This document shows positions 1 through 15,320 of a stretch of 64,000 bases of DNA, in pieces. This stretch comes from the human T2T-CHM13v2.0 reference genome, Homo sapiens. Location of the stretch: assembly GCF_009914755.1 (NCBI RefSeq), contig NC_060928.1, one strand, 5' to 3'. The notes under the pieces are model-generated. The model made no database searches, was not told the origin of the DNA, and was given only the letters and a program-made list of their open reading frames with translations. Every line of letters begins with the position of its first letter. The stretch's first letter is position 1. The translations under genes were made by a program, and so were the position numbers.

Positions 1-1019
1 AGGCCTCCTTTGGTGTGCCAGACACTGACTGGTGCTTTCACAGGTATTCTATGACTGAAAACTCACATTGAATTAGATATCATGTTGATACACACAACTA
101 TAAATAGGGAAATGATGGCTATATAATATCATTTGTATTGGTTCATATGTCATTTCTCCAAGGCAACAGAAACTGGAATAAAAGAAAGAATAGAATTCTA
201 CCCCTCAACAGGCCAAAACCCATTAGCTAGATTCTGCATAGGCAGAAAGCACTTTCAGTTCTATTGTATTTTTTTAATTGAACTTTTGATTTTGAGATAA
301 TTATAAATATACATGCAGTTGTGAAAAAAACAATACAGAGAGTCTATGCATCCTTTACTCAATTTCCTCCATTAGCAACATCTTGCAAAACTAGAATGTA
401 ACGTTACAATCAGGACATTGACATTGATGTAGTCAAGATCCAGGACAATTTCATCACCACACGGATCCTTTATGGCACCGTTTTATAGTCCAAACCATTT
501 CCTCCCATTCCCATCTCCTTCTTAATCCCTGGAAATCACTAGTCTGTTCTCCATTTCTATAATTGTGTCATTTCAAAAATTTTATATAAATAAGATTGTA
601 AGGTATGTAACTTTTTGGAATTAGCTCTTATTCACTCAGCATAATTCTCTGAAGATTGATCTAGGTTGTTGCTTGTATCATTAGTATGTTCATATTATAT
701 TGCTTAGTAATATTGCATAATATAGATATAGCACAATTTGTTTAACCATTCACCCGTGGAAGGATATATCTGGGTATTTCCAGTTTTTGGCTGTTACACA
801 TAAAGAAGCTATTTACATGTCTGAACAGGATTTTGTATGACCATAAGTCATCCTTTCTCTGAAATAAATACCTAGGATTGTAATTCCTTGGTCATATGAT
901 AGTTGCATGTTTAGTGTTTTTTTAAAATTGTCAAACTGTTTTCCAGAGTTGCTATACCATTTTACATTTCCACCAGTAACATATGAATGATCCAGTTTAT
1001 TTATATCTTCATCACTAAC

Positions 1020-3234
1020 TGTATTAGTCTGTTTTGTGCTGCAGATAAAGGTATGCCCGAGACTAGGAAGAAAAAGAGATTAATTGGACTTACGGTTCCA
1101 CATGGCTGAAGAGGCCTCAGATTCATGGTGGGAGGCAAAAGGCAATTTTTACATGGCGGCGGCAAGAGAAAATGAGAAAGAAGCAAAAGCGGAAACCCCT
1201 GATAAACCCATCAGATCGCATGAGACTTACTCACTATCATGAGAATTGCACGGGAAAGACTGACCCCCATAATTCAATTACCTCCCCTTGGATTGAGATT
1301 TGCATGGGGACACAGCCAAACCATATCATTCTTCCCCCGGCCCCTCCAAATCTCATGTCCTCACATTTCAAAACCAATCATGCCTTCCCAACAGTCCCCC
1401 AAAGTCTTAACTAATCTCAGCATTAACCCAAAAGTCCACAGCCAAAAGTCTCATCTGAAACAAGGCAAGTCCCTTCCACCTATGAGACTGTAAAATCAAA
1501 AGCAAGGTAGTTACTTCCTAGATACAATAGGGGTACAGGTATTGGGTAAATACAGCCATTTAAAATGTGAGATATTGGCCAAAACAAAGGGGTTACAAGG
1601 CTCATGCAAGTCCGAGATACAGTGGGGCAGTAAAATTTTAAAGCTCTAAAATGATCTCCTTTGACTCCAGGTCTCACATCCAGATCATGTTGATGCAAGA
1701 GGTAGCTCCCATAGTCTTGGGCAACTCGCCCTTGTGGCTTTGCAGGGTACAGCCTCCCTCCTGACTGCTTTCACAGGCTGGCATTGAGTGTCTGAGGCTT
1801 TTCCAGGTGCATGGTGCAAGCTGCTGGTGGATCTACCATTCTGGCATCTGGAGGACAGTGGCCCTCTTCTCACAGCTCCACTAGGTGTTGCCCCAGTAGG
1901 GGTTCCGTGTGGGGGCTCCAACCCCACATTTCCCTTCTGTACTACCCTAGCAAATGTTCTCCATGAGGGCCCCACCCCTACAGCAAACTTTTGCCTGGGT
2001 ATCCAGGTGTTTCTATACACCTTCTGAAATCCATGCGGAGGTTCCCAAACCTAAATTCTTGACTTCTGTGTACCCACAGGCTCAAAACCCTGTGGAAGCT
2101 GCCAAGCCTTGAAACCACAGCCCAAGCTCTATGTTGGCTTCTTTCAGCCATGACTGGAGCGGCTGGAACACAAAGCACCAAGTCCCTAGGCTGCACACAA
2201 CATGGGGACCCTGGGCCCAGCCCACAAAATCACTTTTTCCTCCTGGGCCTCCAGGCCTGTGATGGGAGACGCTGCCATGAAGGTCTCTGATATGGAGTGG
2301 AGACATTTTCCCCATGGTCTTGGGGATTAACATTAGGCTCCTTGCTACTTATGCAAATTTCTGTAGCCAGCTTGAATTTCTCCTCAAAAAAAAAGCAGGG
2401 GGTGGGGTTTCTTTTCTACTGCATCATCAGGCTGCAAATTTTCTAAACTTTTATGCTGTTTCCCTCTTAAAATGGCATGCTTTTAACAGCCCCCAAGTCA
2501 CCTTTTGAATGCTTTGCTGCTTAGAAATTTCTTCTACTAGATACCGTAAATCATCTCTCTCAAGTTCAAAGTTCCACGAATCTCCAGGGCAGGGGAAAAA
2601 TGCTGCTAGTCTTTTTGCTAAAACATAACAAGAGTTACCTTTGCTCCAGTTCCCAACAAGTTTCTCTTCTCCATCTGAGACCACCTCAGCCTGGACCTTA
2701 TCAGTGTTTTTGTCAAAGCCATTCAACAAGTCTCTAGGAGATTCCAAATTTTCCACATTTTCCTGTCTTCTTCTGAGCCCTCCAAACTGTTCCAACCTCT
2801 GCCTGTTACCCAGTTCCACAGTTGCTTCCACATTTTCAGGTATCTTTTCAGCAATTCCCCACTCTACTGGTACCAATTTATTATATTAGTCTGTTCCACA
2901 CTGCTGATAAAGACATACCCAAGACTAGGAAGAAAAAGAGGTTTAATTGAACTTACAGCTATACATGGCTGGGGAGCCCACAGAATCTTGGCAATAGGCA
3001 AAAGGCACTTTTTATATGGTGGTGGAAAGAGAAAATCAGGAAGAGGCAAAAACAGAAATCCCTGATAAACCCATCAGATCTTGTGAGACTTATTCACTAT
3101 CACGAGAATAGCAAGGGAAAGACTGACCCCCATGATTCAATTACCTCCCCATGGGTCCCTCCCACAACACATGGGAATTCTGGGAGATAAAATTCAAGTT
3201 GAGATTTGGATGAGGACACAGCCAAACCATATCA
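1020..3234 (-). mobile_element. Full-length THE1 (THE1C-like) MaLR provirus: LTR 1020-1328, internal 1329-2881, LTR 2882-3234
   Basis: Two direct LTRs (t[g/a]tattagtc...ccatatca) flank a typical THE1-int. Internal ORF remnants match MaLR-int (WNFELERDDL.YL.EEISKQQSIQ). TSD is degenerate (ctaac/ctatt). Confidence 0.93.
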
Positions 3235-4340
3235 CTATTTTTTATTTTAGCTATTTTGGTAGGTATGTAAAGATATCTCATTCTGGTTTTAATTTACATT
3301 TCTGTGATGGCTAATGATGTTGAACATTTTTCTATACATTTTTTTGCCATCTGTTTATCTTTTTTGGTGAAATGTTTCTTCATGTCTTTTGTTCATTTTG
3401 TCATTGGATTGCTTATTTTTCTTTACTGTTAAGTTTTGAGAGTTGTTTATGTATATTCTACATAATAGACCTTTATAGGATATATGGTTTGCAAATATTT
3501 TCCTCAATTCTGTAACTTGCCTTTTCATCCTCTGAACAGGGTCTTTCAATGAGCAAAAGTTTTTAATTTTAATGAAGTAAAATTGATCAAATTTTCCTTT
3601 CTATGGATGGTGCTTTTGGTATCAAGTCTAAAAACTCTTGGTGGAGCCCTAGATCCTGAAGTTTTTTTTTCCTGTTTTTTTGTTTTGTTTTGTTTTTGTT
3701 TCTGTTTTTTGTTTTTTATAAGTGATTTATTGTTTTACATTTCACATTTAAGTCTGTGATCTCTTTTGAATTAATTTTTGTACAAAGTTTGAGACTTAGG
3801 GTGAGGTCTTTCTCTTTTTCCTTCTTTTCTCCTTCTCCTTTCTTCCAGTGAGTTTCTAACTGGTCTTGTACCATTTTTTGAAAGATGATCCTTCTTCCAC
3901 AGAATTACTTTTGCACCATTATAAAAATCAATTGGGCATATTTGTGTGTAGATATTTCTAGGTTCTCTATTCTGTTCCATTTATCTGTTTATCCCTCTGC
4001 AAATACCTCACTATCCTGTTTATGGTAGCTATATAACTCCTTGAAACCGGACATACAGATTCCTATCTTTTTATCCTCCTTTTCTCAAAATTGTTTCAGC
4101 TGTTCTAGTTCATGTCTTTTCAAATACATTTTAGAATAATCTTGTCAGTGTCTACAAAATATCTTGCAGGGATTTTGAGAGAAATTGTGCTATACTTGTA
4201 TATCAATTTGGGGAGAACTGACATTTTACTGTGCTGTCATCCACTCCATGAACACAATATATGCCTCCCCATATATTTAGATCTTTGATTTCCTTCATCA
4301 GCATGCATTCCTTCATCAGCATTTGATTTCCTTCATCACA

Positions 4341-4396
4341 TTTTGCCATTAAAAAAAAAAATGGCAAAAACCGCAATTACTTTTGCACCAACCTAA
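4341..4396. mobile_element. MADE1 (Hsmar1-derived MITE) with left TIR partly deleted
   Basis: ttttgccatt-A run-atggcaaaaaccgcaattacttttgcaccaacctaa followed by TA matches the MADE1 right TIR. Confidence 0.9.
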
Positions 4397-5050
4397 TAGC
4401 TTTTAGTATACAAGTCCTGCACATGTCTTAAATTTAACATAAATATTTATCTTTTTGTATGAATGTTTGTAATAGTATTTTACTTTTTATTTTGGTGTCC
4501 ATGTGTCAATTGCTAGTATATAGAAATGAAGTTGATCATTGTATGTTTACCTGTGTTCACCTCTATTTTTACCTGTAAGTTACCTTTGTATGTTTACCTT
4601 TGTACCCTGCAATTTTGCTGAGCTTGCTTAAAAGTTCTAGAGATTGTTTTGTAGCTTCCCTCGGAATTTTTTACGTGACAGTTATGTCATCTGCAAACGG
4701 GACAGTTTAATTTCTTTCTTTCTGATCTGTATGCCTTTTATTTTCTTCCCTCATTGCACTGACTAAAACTTACATAGCATTATGCTGCATGAGTGGTGAG
4801 TGTGAACATTCTTGCCTTGTTCTTGATCCTAGAGGAAAACTATTGTTTTTAACTATTAAACATAACTTTAGGTTTTTTTCTAGGTGCTCTTTATCAGGTT
4901 GACGAAGTTTCCCTCTATTCCTCTATTCCTTTTTCTGGGAGTTTTTATTATTAATGGGTGTGGAACTTCATCAAGTGCTTTTTCTGCAACAATTTATACG
5001 ATCCTGTGATTTTCCTCAGTAGACTGTTAATATGGGGATTATTTGATTAA

Positions 5051-5443
<393 letters not shown>

Positions 5444-8400
5444 TGAATTATCTGTAGTATTTTGTTCACGATTTTTACATCTATAATCTTGAGGAATATT
5501 GGTCAGCTGTTTTCTTTTTTGCACAGTGTTTGTCTGGTTTTAATATCATGGTAATAGTAGCTTCAGAAATTGAATTGAGAATGTTCCCTCCTCTTCTATT
5601 TTCTGGAAGAGATTATGTAGAATTGATGTAACTTCTTTAAACATTTGGTAAAATTCTCCAGGGAAACTTTCTGGGCATGGAGATTTCTTTGGGCATGGAG
5701 AGTTTTAAATTACAAATTTAATTTCTTTAATAATTATAAGGCTATTCAAATTATTTATTTCATCTTGGGCAAGTTGTGGTTATTTGTATTTTGAGGAAGT
5801 GGTCCCTTTAGTCTAGGTTGTCATATTTACGCAGATAGAATTGGTCATACTGTTTTCTTGTTATCCTTTTGACATTTTCAGGGTATGTAGTGGCATCCCC
5901 TTTTTCATTTCTGATATTGGTGATTTCTTCCTTCTTTTTTGCTTTGTCACCCTTGATAGAGATTTGTCAATTTTATTGTTTCTTTTAAAGAATTAGCTTT
6001 TTGCTCCATTGATTTTTCTCTATTGTTTTTGTGTTTTCTATTTAATTTCTACTCTAATACTTATTTCCTCCGTTATTCTTGCTTTGAGTTTATTTCTCCC
6101 AGTTCATGAGATGAGAGCTTAGATTATTGATCTGAGGCTTTTCCTCTTTTCTAACGAATGAATTTATTGCTATAAAGTTCCCTCTCAGCACTGCTTTAGC
6201 TGCATTCCAGAAATTTTGACATGTTGTAAATTGTTTTCATTTGATTTAATGTTTTTTGTTTTGTTTTGTTTTTTAATTCCTTTCAGACTTTTTCTTTGTT
6301 CCATGGATCATTTGATTGCTTAGTTTCCAAGTGTTTGAAGATTGTCTTGTTGTTTTTCTGCTATTGATTTTCAGGTTGATTCAATGGTGAATGGAGAACA
6401 CACTGTAAGATTTCGTCTTTCCAATTTGTTAAGGTTTGTTTTATGGCCCAGGATATGACTTATCTTAGTGTATGTCCTGCTTGCACTTGTCAGCTCTATT
6501 TTAAGGATATTAAAAACAAGTATCAACACTCAAGACTCCCTTGCATGGTTCCTGGCTCTTGGCTTGTGGCAGGTTATGTCTTCTTCTGGGCCCACCTGGT
6601 TCAGAGCCTGCCTTCCATCTGCATTGTTTGTGTCTCAGTAGCCAGCATTTTTTCAGTCTGTTGTTTTTCTGCAATTTTGTTTTACTCTGAGTCAGCCTAC
6701 AACCTCACCGAGCTGCCTATCAGCACTGTCTCGGGTATCTGCCTAAGCATCAATTATTGTTTAGATAATTCCACTTACAAAGTCACATAGACTTTAAGTA
6801 CTCTGCTCCAAGCCTATTATTATCCATAATTTCTGATATTTTTGTTCATGATTTTCACTCTTTTTGCTCCTTTATCACTATTCAGTCATAGTGAACACCA
6901 ATGTAATCTCCACCCAGGTCACAAAATAAAATATTGCCGGCACCCCCGCCATGCTCCTCCTTTTCAAAGATACCTATTATCCTAACCTCTAAAAGCAAAA
7001 GTGTAATTTTAACATTATACAAATGAAATAATATAGGATGTTTGTTTTCTTTCTGATTCCTTTCAATATTGTTTGTGAGAATCATACATATCATATGTAG
7101 CTGTGGTCTGTTCATTTTTGTTGTAATAGTATTTCATTGTAAGAAAAAAACCGTATATTTATCTGCTATTTTGCTGATGGGCGTTTGGGTTGCATCCAGT
7201 CTGGAGCTATGATGAATAAGGCTGCTATGAACATTCTTACACAGGTCTCCTGGTACACATATACACACATTTCTGTCAAGAATATACTTAGGAATAGGAG
7301 TTTTCAGGTAACAGGTGATGCTTATATGCAACCTAAGTTGTTACACTATTTTCCAAAGTCATTGTACCAATTAATATTCCTACTAGCTGGGTATGAAGTT
7401 CCCATTGCTTTACAATTCCACCCAGACTTAGTATGTCAGTCTTCTAAATTTTTATCTTTCTGGTAAGCATATGGTGGTAATTTATTTTGATTTAATTTTA
7501 TATTTCCCTAATGCCTAATGATGAACACCTTTCTGTGTTTATTAGCCATTTTGATATCTTTTTTTGTAGATGCCCTTTTTAAAAAAAGTTTATTGGTCTT
7601 TTTCTTATTGTCGAGTAGAAATTCTTTATGTCTTCTAGCTCAAGTCTTTTTTTGTATACATAAATTGCAAATATCTTCTCCCATCTGTGGCTAGGCATTT
7701 CATAATATTTCTTGTGTATAAAAGTAGTTAATTTTAATGTATTCCAATTTATCATACTTTTTTATTGTTGTATCTTTTTATGACCTAGTTAGGAAAATTT
7801 TAACTCTTCAAAAATCACAAAGATATGAACCTATATAGTGTTCTGAAAGCTTCACTGTTTTAACTTCATTTATTTCACCAATTCACCTGAACATTTTTTA
7901 TATGGTGCAAGGTAGCAGTAAAGTTTTTTTTTTAAGTGAATATTCAGCTGAATTAGCATGTGTATTTTAAAAAGCCACTTCCCACTACTCTGGATGTCAC
8001 CTTTGTCATGCATCAAGTGCCTATATGTGCATGGGATAGTTCTGGGGAACTGGAATGCATTTCGTTGCTCTGTTTGTATGATCTTGTACCATACTACATA
8101 CCATTACTGTAGCTTTATAGCAAGTCTTGATATCCCTTAGAATAAGCGTTTTGTTTTTTTTTTAACATCTTTCTTCTTTTTTATGTTGCTATAAAAAGCA
8201 ATCAGCTTATTTCGGCAGTAATCTTCTTGAGATACTGGGGGAACTGAATTAAATCTATAGATTTGGGAAGAATTGACTTCTTTGAATTATTGTCCACCAA
8301 TCAATGAAGTTAGTATATATCCCAGTATTCAATGACTCTTTACTTTCTCTCAATAATATTTTATAGTTTTCTGTATAGAAGCCTGCATATCTTTCATTAG

Positions 8401-8737
8401 AGTCTAGATTTCTTTGTATTTTATGCTATTATAATGAGATCTCTGTTTAAATTTTATTTTCTAATCTTTTGTTAATATAATATAGAATTTTTATGAAATT
8501 TTTTTATTGATTTATCGTATCCAGCAACTTTGCTAAACTCACTTATTAATTTTGACAATTTACCTGTATATTATTCAGATTATATAAAATCATATCATCT
8601 GTGCTAATACATTTTACTATTTTTTTGCAACTTAAAAAAATTTTATTTCTTACTTTATTGCATTAGTTAAGACTACCTGTAAATAGTAAACAGCAGTGAT
8701 GAAAGTGGGTATCCTTGTCCCATTTCTGATCTCAGAG

Positions 8738-9515
<778 letters not shown>

Positions 9516-9627
9516 AATATTTTTTTATTATTAAATGTATGACTGCTATATATTATTTGTAGATATTCTTTATCTAATTAAAGTAATAGTTCTCTTCCAT
9601 TTCTAATTTACTACATGCATTTTAACT

Positions 9628-9875
9628 AAATGGACCTTGAGAGCTTGTTTGGAGGTTCTAGAGGGAAGCGCAGCTAACTAGTACACCCTTGACCGAAGAT
9701 TAGTCCCCCTCTATCGGGGATGGTTGTCCTCTTCAACCAAGTGTGCAGCTTTGGGAGGAAAGCACACGGAGCGGTGAGGGAGGACGGGGACACCCGCCTA
9801 GCCAGCCAGATCAGCCAAATCAACCCTGGCAACCAATGGGGCAACAGATGTCACAGCCAGATCGCCCTCACATCT
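9628..9875 (-). pseudogene. 7SK snRNA processed pseudogene, 3'-truncated (about the first 248 nt)
   Basis: Reverse complement reads aGATGTGAGGGCGATCTGGCTGtGACATCTG...CTCCAAACAAGCTCTCAAGGTCCATTT, matching the human 7SK 5' portion. Flanking direct repeat tgcattttaactaaat / tgcatttttattaaat. The specific RN7SKP number cannot be determined. Confidence 0.95.
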
Positions 9876-10254
9876 GCATTTTTATTAAATCGATGTCCAA
9901 TTTTATCAAATGATTTTGCTATACCCACTGAAGTGATTATATTATTTGCCCCCTTTTTTCTGTTAATATGTTGCATCACATTGATTGACTTTAGATAGTC
10001 CATTTTAAATTGCTGGAATTAGCCCAACATAGATGTTATATGTTATTTGTTTTATATATTAAATGACTTATTTTTCTAATTTATTTATGTCATGATTTCT
10101 GCTCAAGATTATGCTGGCCTTTGAAAAACTAACCGTTATCTGAAGGAAAAGGTAAGATGGGCGTAACTTTAAATGCTTTTTGGAATTCACTTGCTAAAAC
10201 TTCTGGATCTGGATTTTTCTTTGTGAGGAGACATTTAATTACAGATTCATTTAC

Positions 10255-10563
10255 TTTTTTTTTTTTTTTTTTTGAGACAGGGTCTCACTCTGTTGCCCAG
10301 GCTAGAGTGCAGTGGCACGATCTCCACTCACTGCAGGCTCTGCCTGTCAGGTTCAGTGATTCTCCCACTTTAGCCTCCCAAATAGGAGGGACTACAGGTG
10401 CTCACCACTGCACCTGCCTAATTTTTGTATTTTTTGGTACAGATGAGGTTTCACCAGGTTGGCCAGGCTGGTCTCGAACTCCTTACCTCAAGTAATCCAC
10501 CCACCTCGGCCTCCCAAAGTGCCAGCACTTTGGGACTACAGGTGTGAGCCATCACATCTGGCC
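10255..10563 (-). mobile_element. Alu (AluS/J)
   Basis: Poly-T start and full dimer. Confidence 0.93.
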
Positions 10564-10776
10564 TGACTTTAATAAATATACAACAATCCACTTTTTCTAA
10601 GCTTTATTATGCAACTTTTTAGTTATATTTTTAGTAGTTTATTTACTTCATCGAAATTTTCAAATTTACTGGAATAAATGGTCTTTTAATAGTTTTTTAA
10701 AAGGTTGGTAGGATATAAAGTTTTGTTCCCCTTTTGATTTCTGATTATGGTTATTTCTGTTTTTTTGCTTTCTCTT

Positions 10777-11662
<886 letters not shown>

Positions 11663-12582
11663 CTCCTGTTTTTCTGTATCAGTCTAATCTGAAATGTATT
11701 AAATTTATTTATTTTTTCAGAGACGCAATTTTTTTCTTTAAGCCTCTCTATAATATCCTTGTTTTCTAAATCACAAATTTCTGCTTTCATCTTTATTTTT
11801 TTCTCCCTAAAATTTCCTCAATTTATTTCACTTTTATTTACCTAAACTTTAGAGATGGATGCTTTGCTCACTGATTTTGAGTCTCCTGTCTTTTCTACTA
11901 CATGAACTTAAGGCTATAAATTTCCTTTTTAAGCATGACTTTAATGTAGTCTACTTTAGTTTTAATTTGTATTATATTCAGTGTTATTCAGGTGAAGCAT
12001 CCTCTGATTTCCACTGTGCTTTTTTCTTTATTTTTTGAATATATTTTATTTAGAGGTGAAATTCGTAATCTTATATGGGAACCTTAATCATTAATTTTTT
12101 TTATTGATTTCTAGTTTAATTGTAGTGGAGTCTGAGAACACATTTTGTATTTCTTTTCTTTAAAACTTCTTGAGACTTCCATGGCTTAGCACCTGGTCCA
12201 AGTATATAAATATTTCATGTTTATTTGAAAACAATGTATTTTTTGCAATTGTTGAATAAATATTTTAAATTTGTCAGTTAGATGAACTTTGTTAATCATG
12301 ACATTCAAATATTCCATATGGTAACTAATTTTTGACTATTTCTTTTAGAATTTTTATTTGATTAATCTTATAGTTTTCAGTTTTCTGCCAAAATTCTCCA
12401 TCTTGTATTTTTTTCTTAAACATATTATGTTTAGTTATTTGAAAATCTGTGTCTAATAACTACATTATCTGACTCCCCTGTGGGAATCCATTTTCTGTTG
12501 CTTCTCTTGATATTTTGGAATTTTATTTTATGTTTTTCTGTTTCCTCATATGACTGATTATTTTCTATTAAAGATCAGATAT

Positions 12583-12911
12583 TGCTATGGACTGAAAGTT
12601 TGTGTGCCCCCAGCATTTATATGTTGAAAACCTAAACCCCAAGCTGATGGTATTAGAAGGTATTTGGGGAGGTGATTAGGTAATGAGATCTCCACCCTCA
12701 TGAATGGGATTAGTGCCCTTATAAAAGAGACCCAGAGAGCTGCCTAGTGGCCATCTGTGACGCAGGAATTGGGTGTTGACCAGACACCAAATCTGTGAGC
12801 ATCTTGATCTTGGACTTCACAGCCTCCAAAATTGCAAGAAATAAACCCTTGTTGTTTATAAGCCACCTAATCTATGGTAATCTGTTATAATAGCATGAAG
12901 GGACTAAACAA
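12583..12911 (+). mobile_element. MLT1A0-like solo LTR
   Basis: tgctatggactgaa...ggactaaaca termini, TSD gatat. Confidence 0.88.
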
Positions 12912-13266
12912 GATATTGTATATAAAAATTATACAAATAATATGAGGCCTATGATAATTTTATCTTTTTCCAGACAATGTTTGTGTTTAGTTCAGCAGGC
13001 AGCTAGGGCACTAACAATCTGGGCCACTTTAGTCTAAATTAAATGACTTTTATCCCTTTCAAGACCTGTATACTTCTGGTTTACCTGAGGGTGAGTTTCC
13101 AGGGCTTTCACTCATTTGCATGCCTGAGACTGTAATGTTTGTCCTCTTCATCCCATTAAGCTATCAAAAGGGTTGCTTAGCTTCTGAAATCAGCGGACAA
13201 CCATGGAGAAAAAGTGGCTTCAATGCCAGCCCAATTATTTGGATTTCCTAGATCTTGACCTCTTAA

Positions 13267-13565
<299 letters not shown>

Positions 13566-13967
13566 TCTCATAATTCCTTATGACTTATTGCTTATTAGCT
13601 CTCCAAGGATTAAAAGCAAATTTTTAAATAAAAATATTTTGTTTGTTATTCCCAGTCTGTTCAGTTATTCTCAGTAAAAGGGTTGATGCAAATTACCGGA
13701 ATTAGTTTGTACTTTTTAACTAAAGGCTTATGTCTTTTCTTCAATTACTCAGCTATTGTCTTTTCAAATATTGTCTTTTGGCAATTTATTCTATTTTGTT
13801 ATTAGGATTTCCAATAACACCTGTATGAGCTTATCAGTTATGTCTCTTATTTCATCCTTTCCATTTCTTGATGTCCCCTTGCTGCATTCTGTATGAGTTT
13901 TTCAGTACTATCTTCTAATTCACCAATTATATATTTGGGTCCTGTATTTATTCCTTCCTACTTTGAA

Positions 13968-14170
13968 GGGTAATCTCCAGGGTTTGGGGAAAGGGGAAAA
14001 TGGGGAGTTGCTGTGCAGTGGGCATAAAGTTTTACTTACTCAAGGTGAATAAGTAAGTTCTAGAAATCTGTTGTGCAATATCATGACTGTATTGAACAGT
14101 ATTGCATTGTACACTCAAAGATTTGTCAAGAAGATAGATATGTTAAATGTTCTTACCACAATTTTTAAAA
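13968..14170 (+). mobile_element. L1MA/L1MB 3'-terminal fragment
   Basis: ggggaaaatggggagttgctg...aagttctagaaatctgttg...aaatgttcttaccaca matches an L1M 3' end. Confidence 0.75.
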
Positions 14171-14484
14171 TTACTTTAGAAATTATAGTATTTTTTAAAG
14201 AAAAACATTCTACTTGTTATATTAAGTGTTTCTTCGGATGTTAGTTGAGTTTGGTGTCTTTCTTTCATATAGTTTTCTTCAAATATTTGATATATTCATT
14301 TTCTATTGCTGCGTAACAAACTACAACAAATTTAGTGACTTAAAACCCATATTATATAATTATATTATAATTATATCTTTGGGTCCTATATTTATTCCTT
14401 CTATTAATACTTTGAAATTTTTGCTAATTATATTTTTTCTCTTTCAGAATTTCTTTTGGGCCATTAAAAAATATCCTTCTGTAA

Positions 14485-15320
14485 GTCATATTGCTAACAG
14501 GTATCCTTGATATAATGTGATGAAAGTGGCACTTTACCCCTGTGGTTTTCTTCCTCAAAACATATTACCCCTTGGTCTAATTACACACGAAAATATCACA
14601 CAAATTCCAACTGGGGGATGGTCTACAACATAGTTGATAAGTATCCTTCAAAACTGTCAAGGTCAGGAAAACAATGGAAAGTCTGAAAAACCACAAAGAG
14701 GAGACTAGGAAAACATAAATAACAAGATAGGATTCTGAAACAGAAAAAGAACATTCGAGAAAACTTAGGAAATCTGAATAATGGTCTTTAGATAATAATG
14801 ATAATCTGTTGGTTCATTAATTGTAACAAAGGTGCTCATATGGTTTGGCTGTGTTCCCACTCAAATCTTGAATTGAAGCTCCCTTAATTCCCACATGTCA
14901 TGGGAGGAACCCAGTGGGAGGTAATTGAATTATGGGGGCGGGTCTTTCCCCCGCTGTTCTTGTGATGGTGAATAAGTCCCACGAGATCTGATCGTTTTAT
15001 AAAGGCGAGTTCCCCTACACAAGCTCTCTCTTGCCTGCCACCATGTAAGATGTGACTTTGCTCTTCCTTTGCCTTCCAGTGTGATTGAGAGGCCTCCCCA
15101 GCTACATGGAACTGTGAGTCCATTATACCTCTTTTTCTTTACCCAGTCTCAGTTATGTCTTTATTAACAGTGTGAGACCAGGCTAATACAGGTTCCATAC
15201 TAAGGTAAGACGATGATTTTTTAAAACTGGGTTTGGGATATAGGGGAAATCTTTGTATTGTTATTCCAATATTTCTAGAAATCTAAAACTCTTCTAAAAA
15301 AAAAAGCTTGTTTTAAAAAG
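14485..15320 (+). mobile_element. L1MC-like 3' region split by a THE1B LTR
   Basis: gtggcactttacccctgtggttttcttcc...gttcattaattgtaacaaa|...aaatctaaaactcttctaaaa. Confidence 0.7.
14836..15190 (+). mobile_element. THE1B-like solo LTR
   Basis: tcatatggtttggctgtg...ggctaataca termini, 4/5 TSD (ggtgc/ggttc). Confidence 0.92.

Noticed and set aside
4341-4396. miR-548-family precursor
   Set aside because: The left arm is mostly deleted, so only a ~10-bp stem remains.
9628-9875. Functional 7SK gene
   Set aside because: It is truncated and diverged, has no 3' hairpin or terminator, and is embedded in L1 without an evident PSE/TATA.
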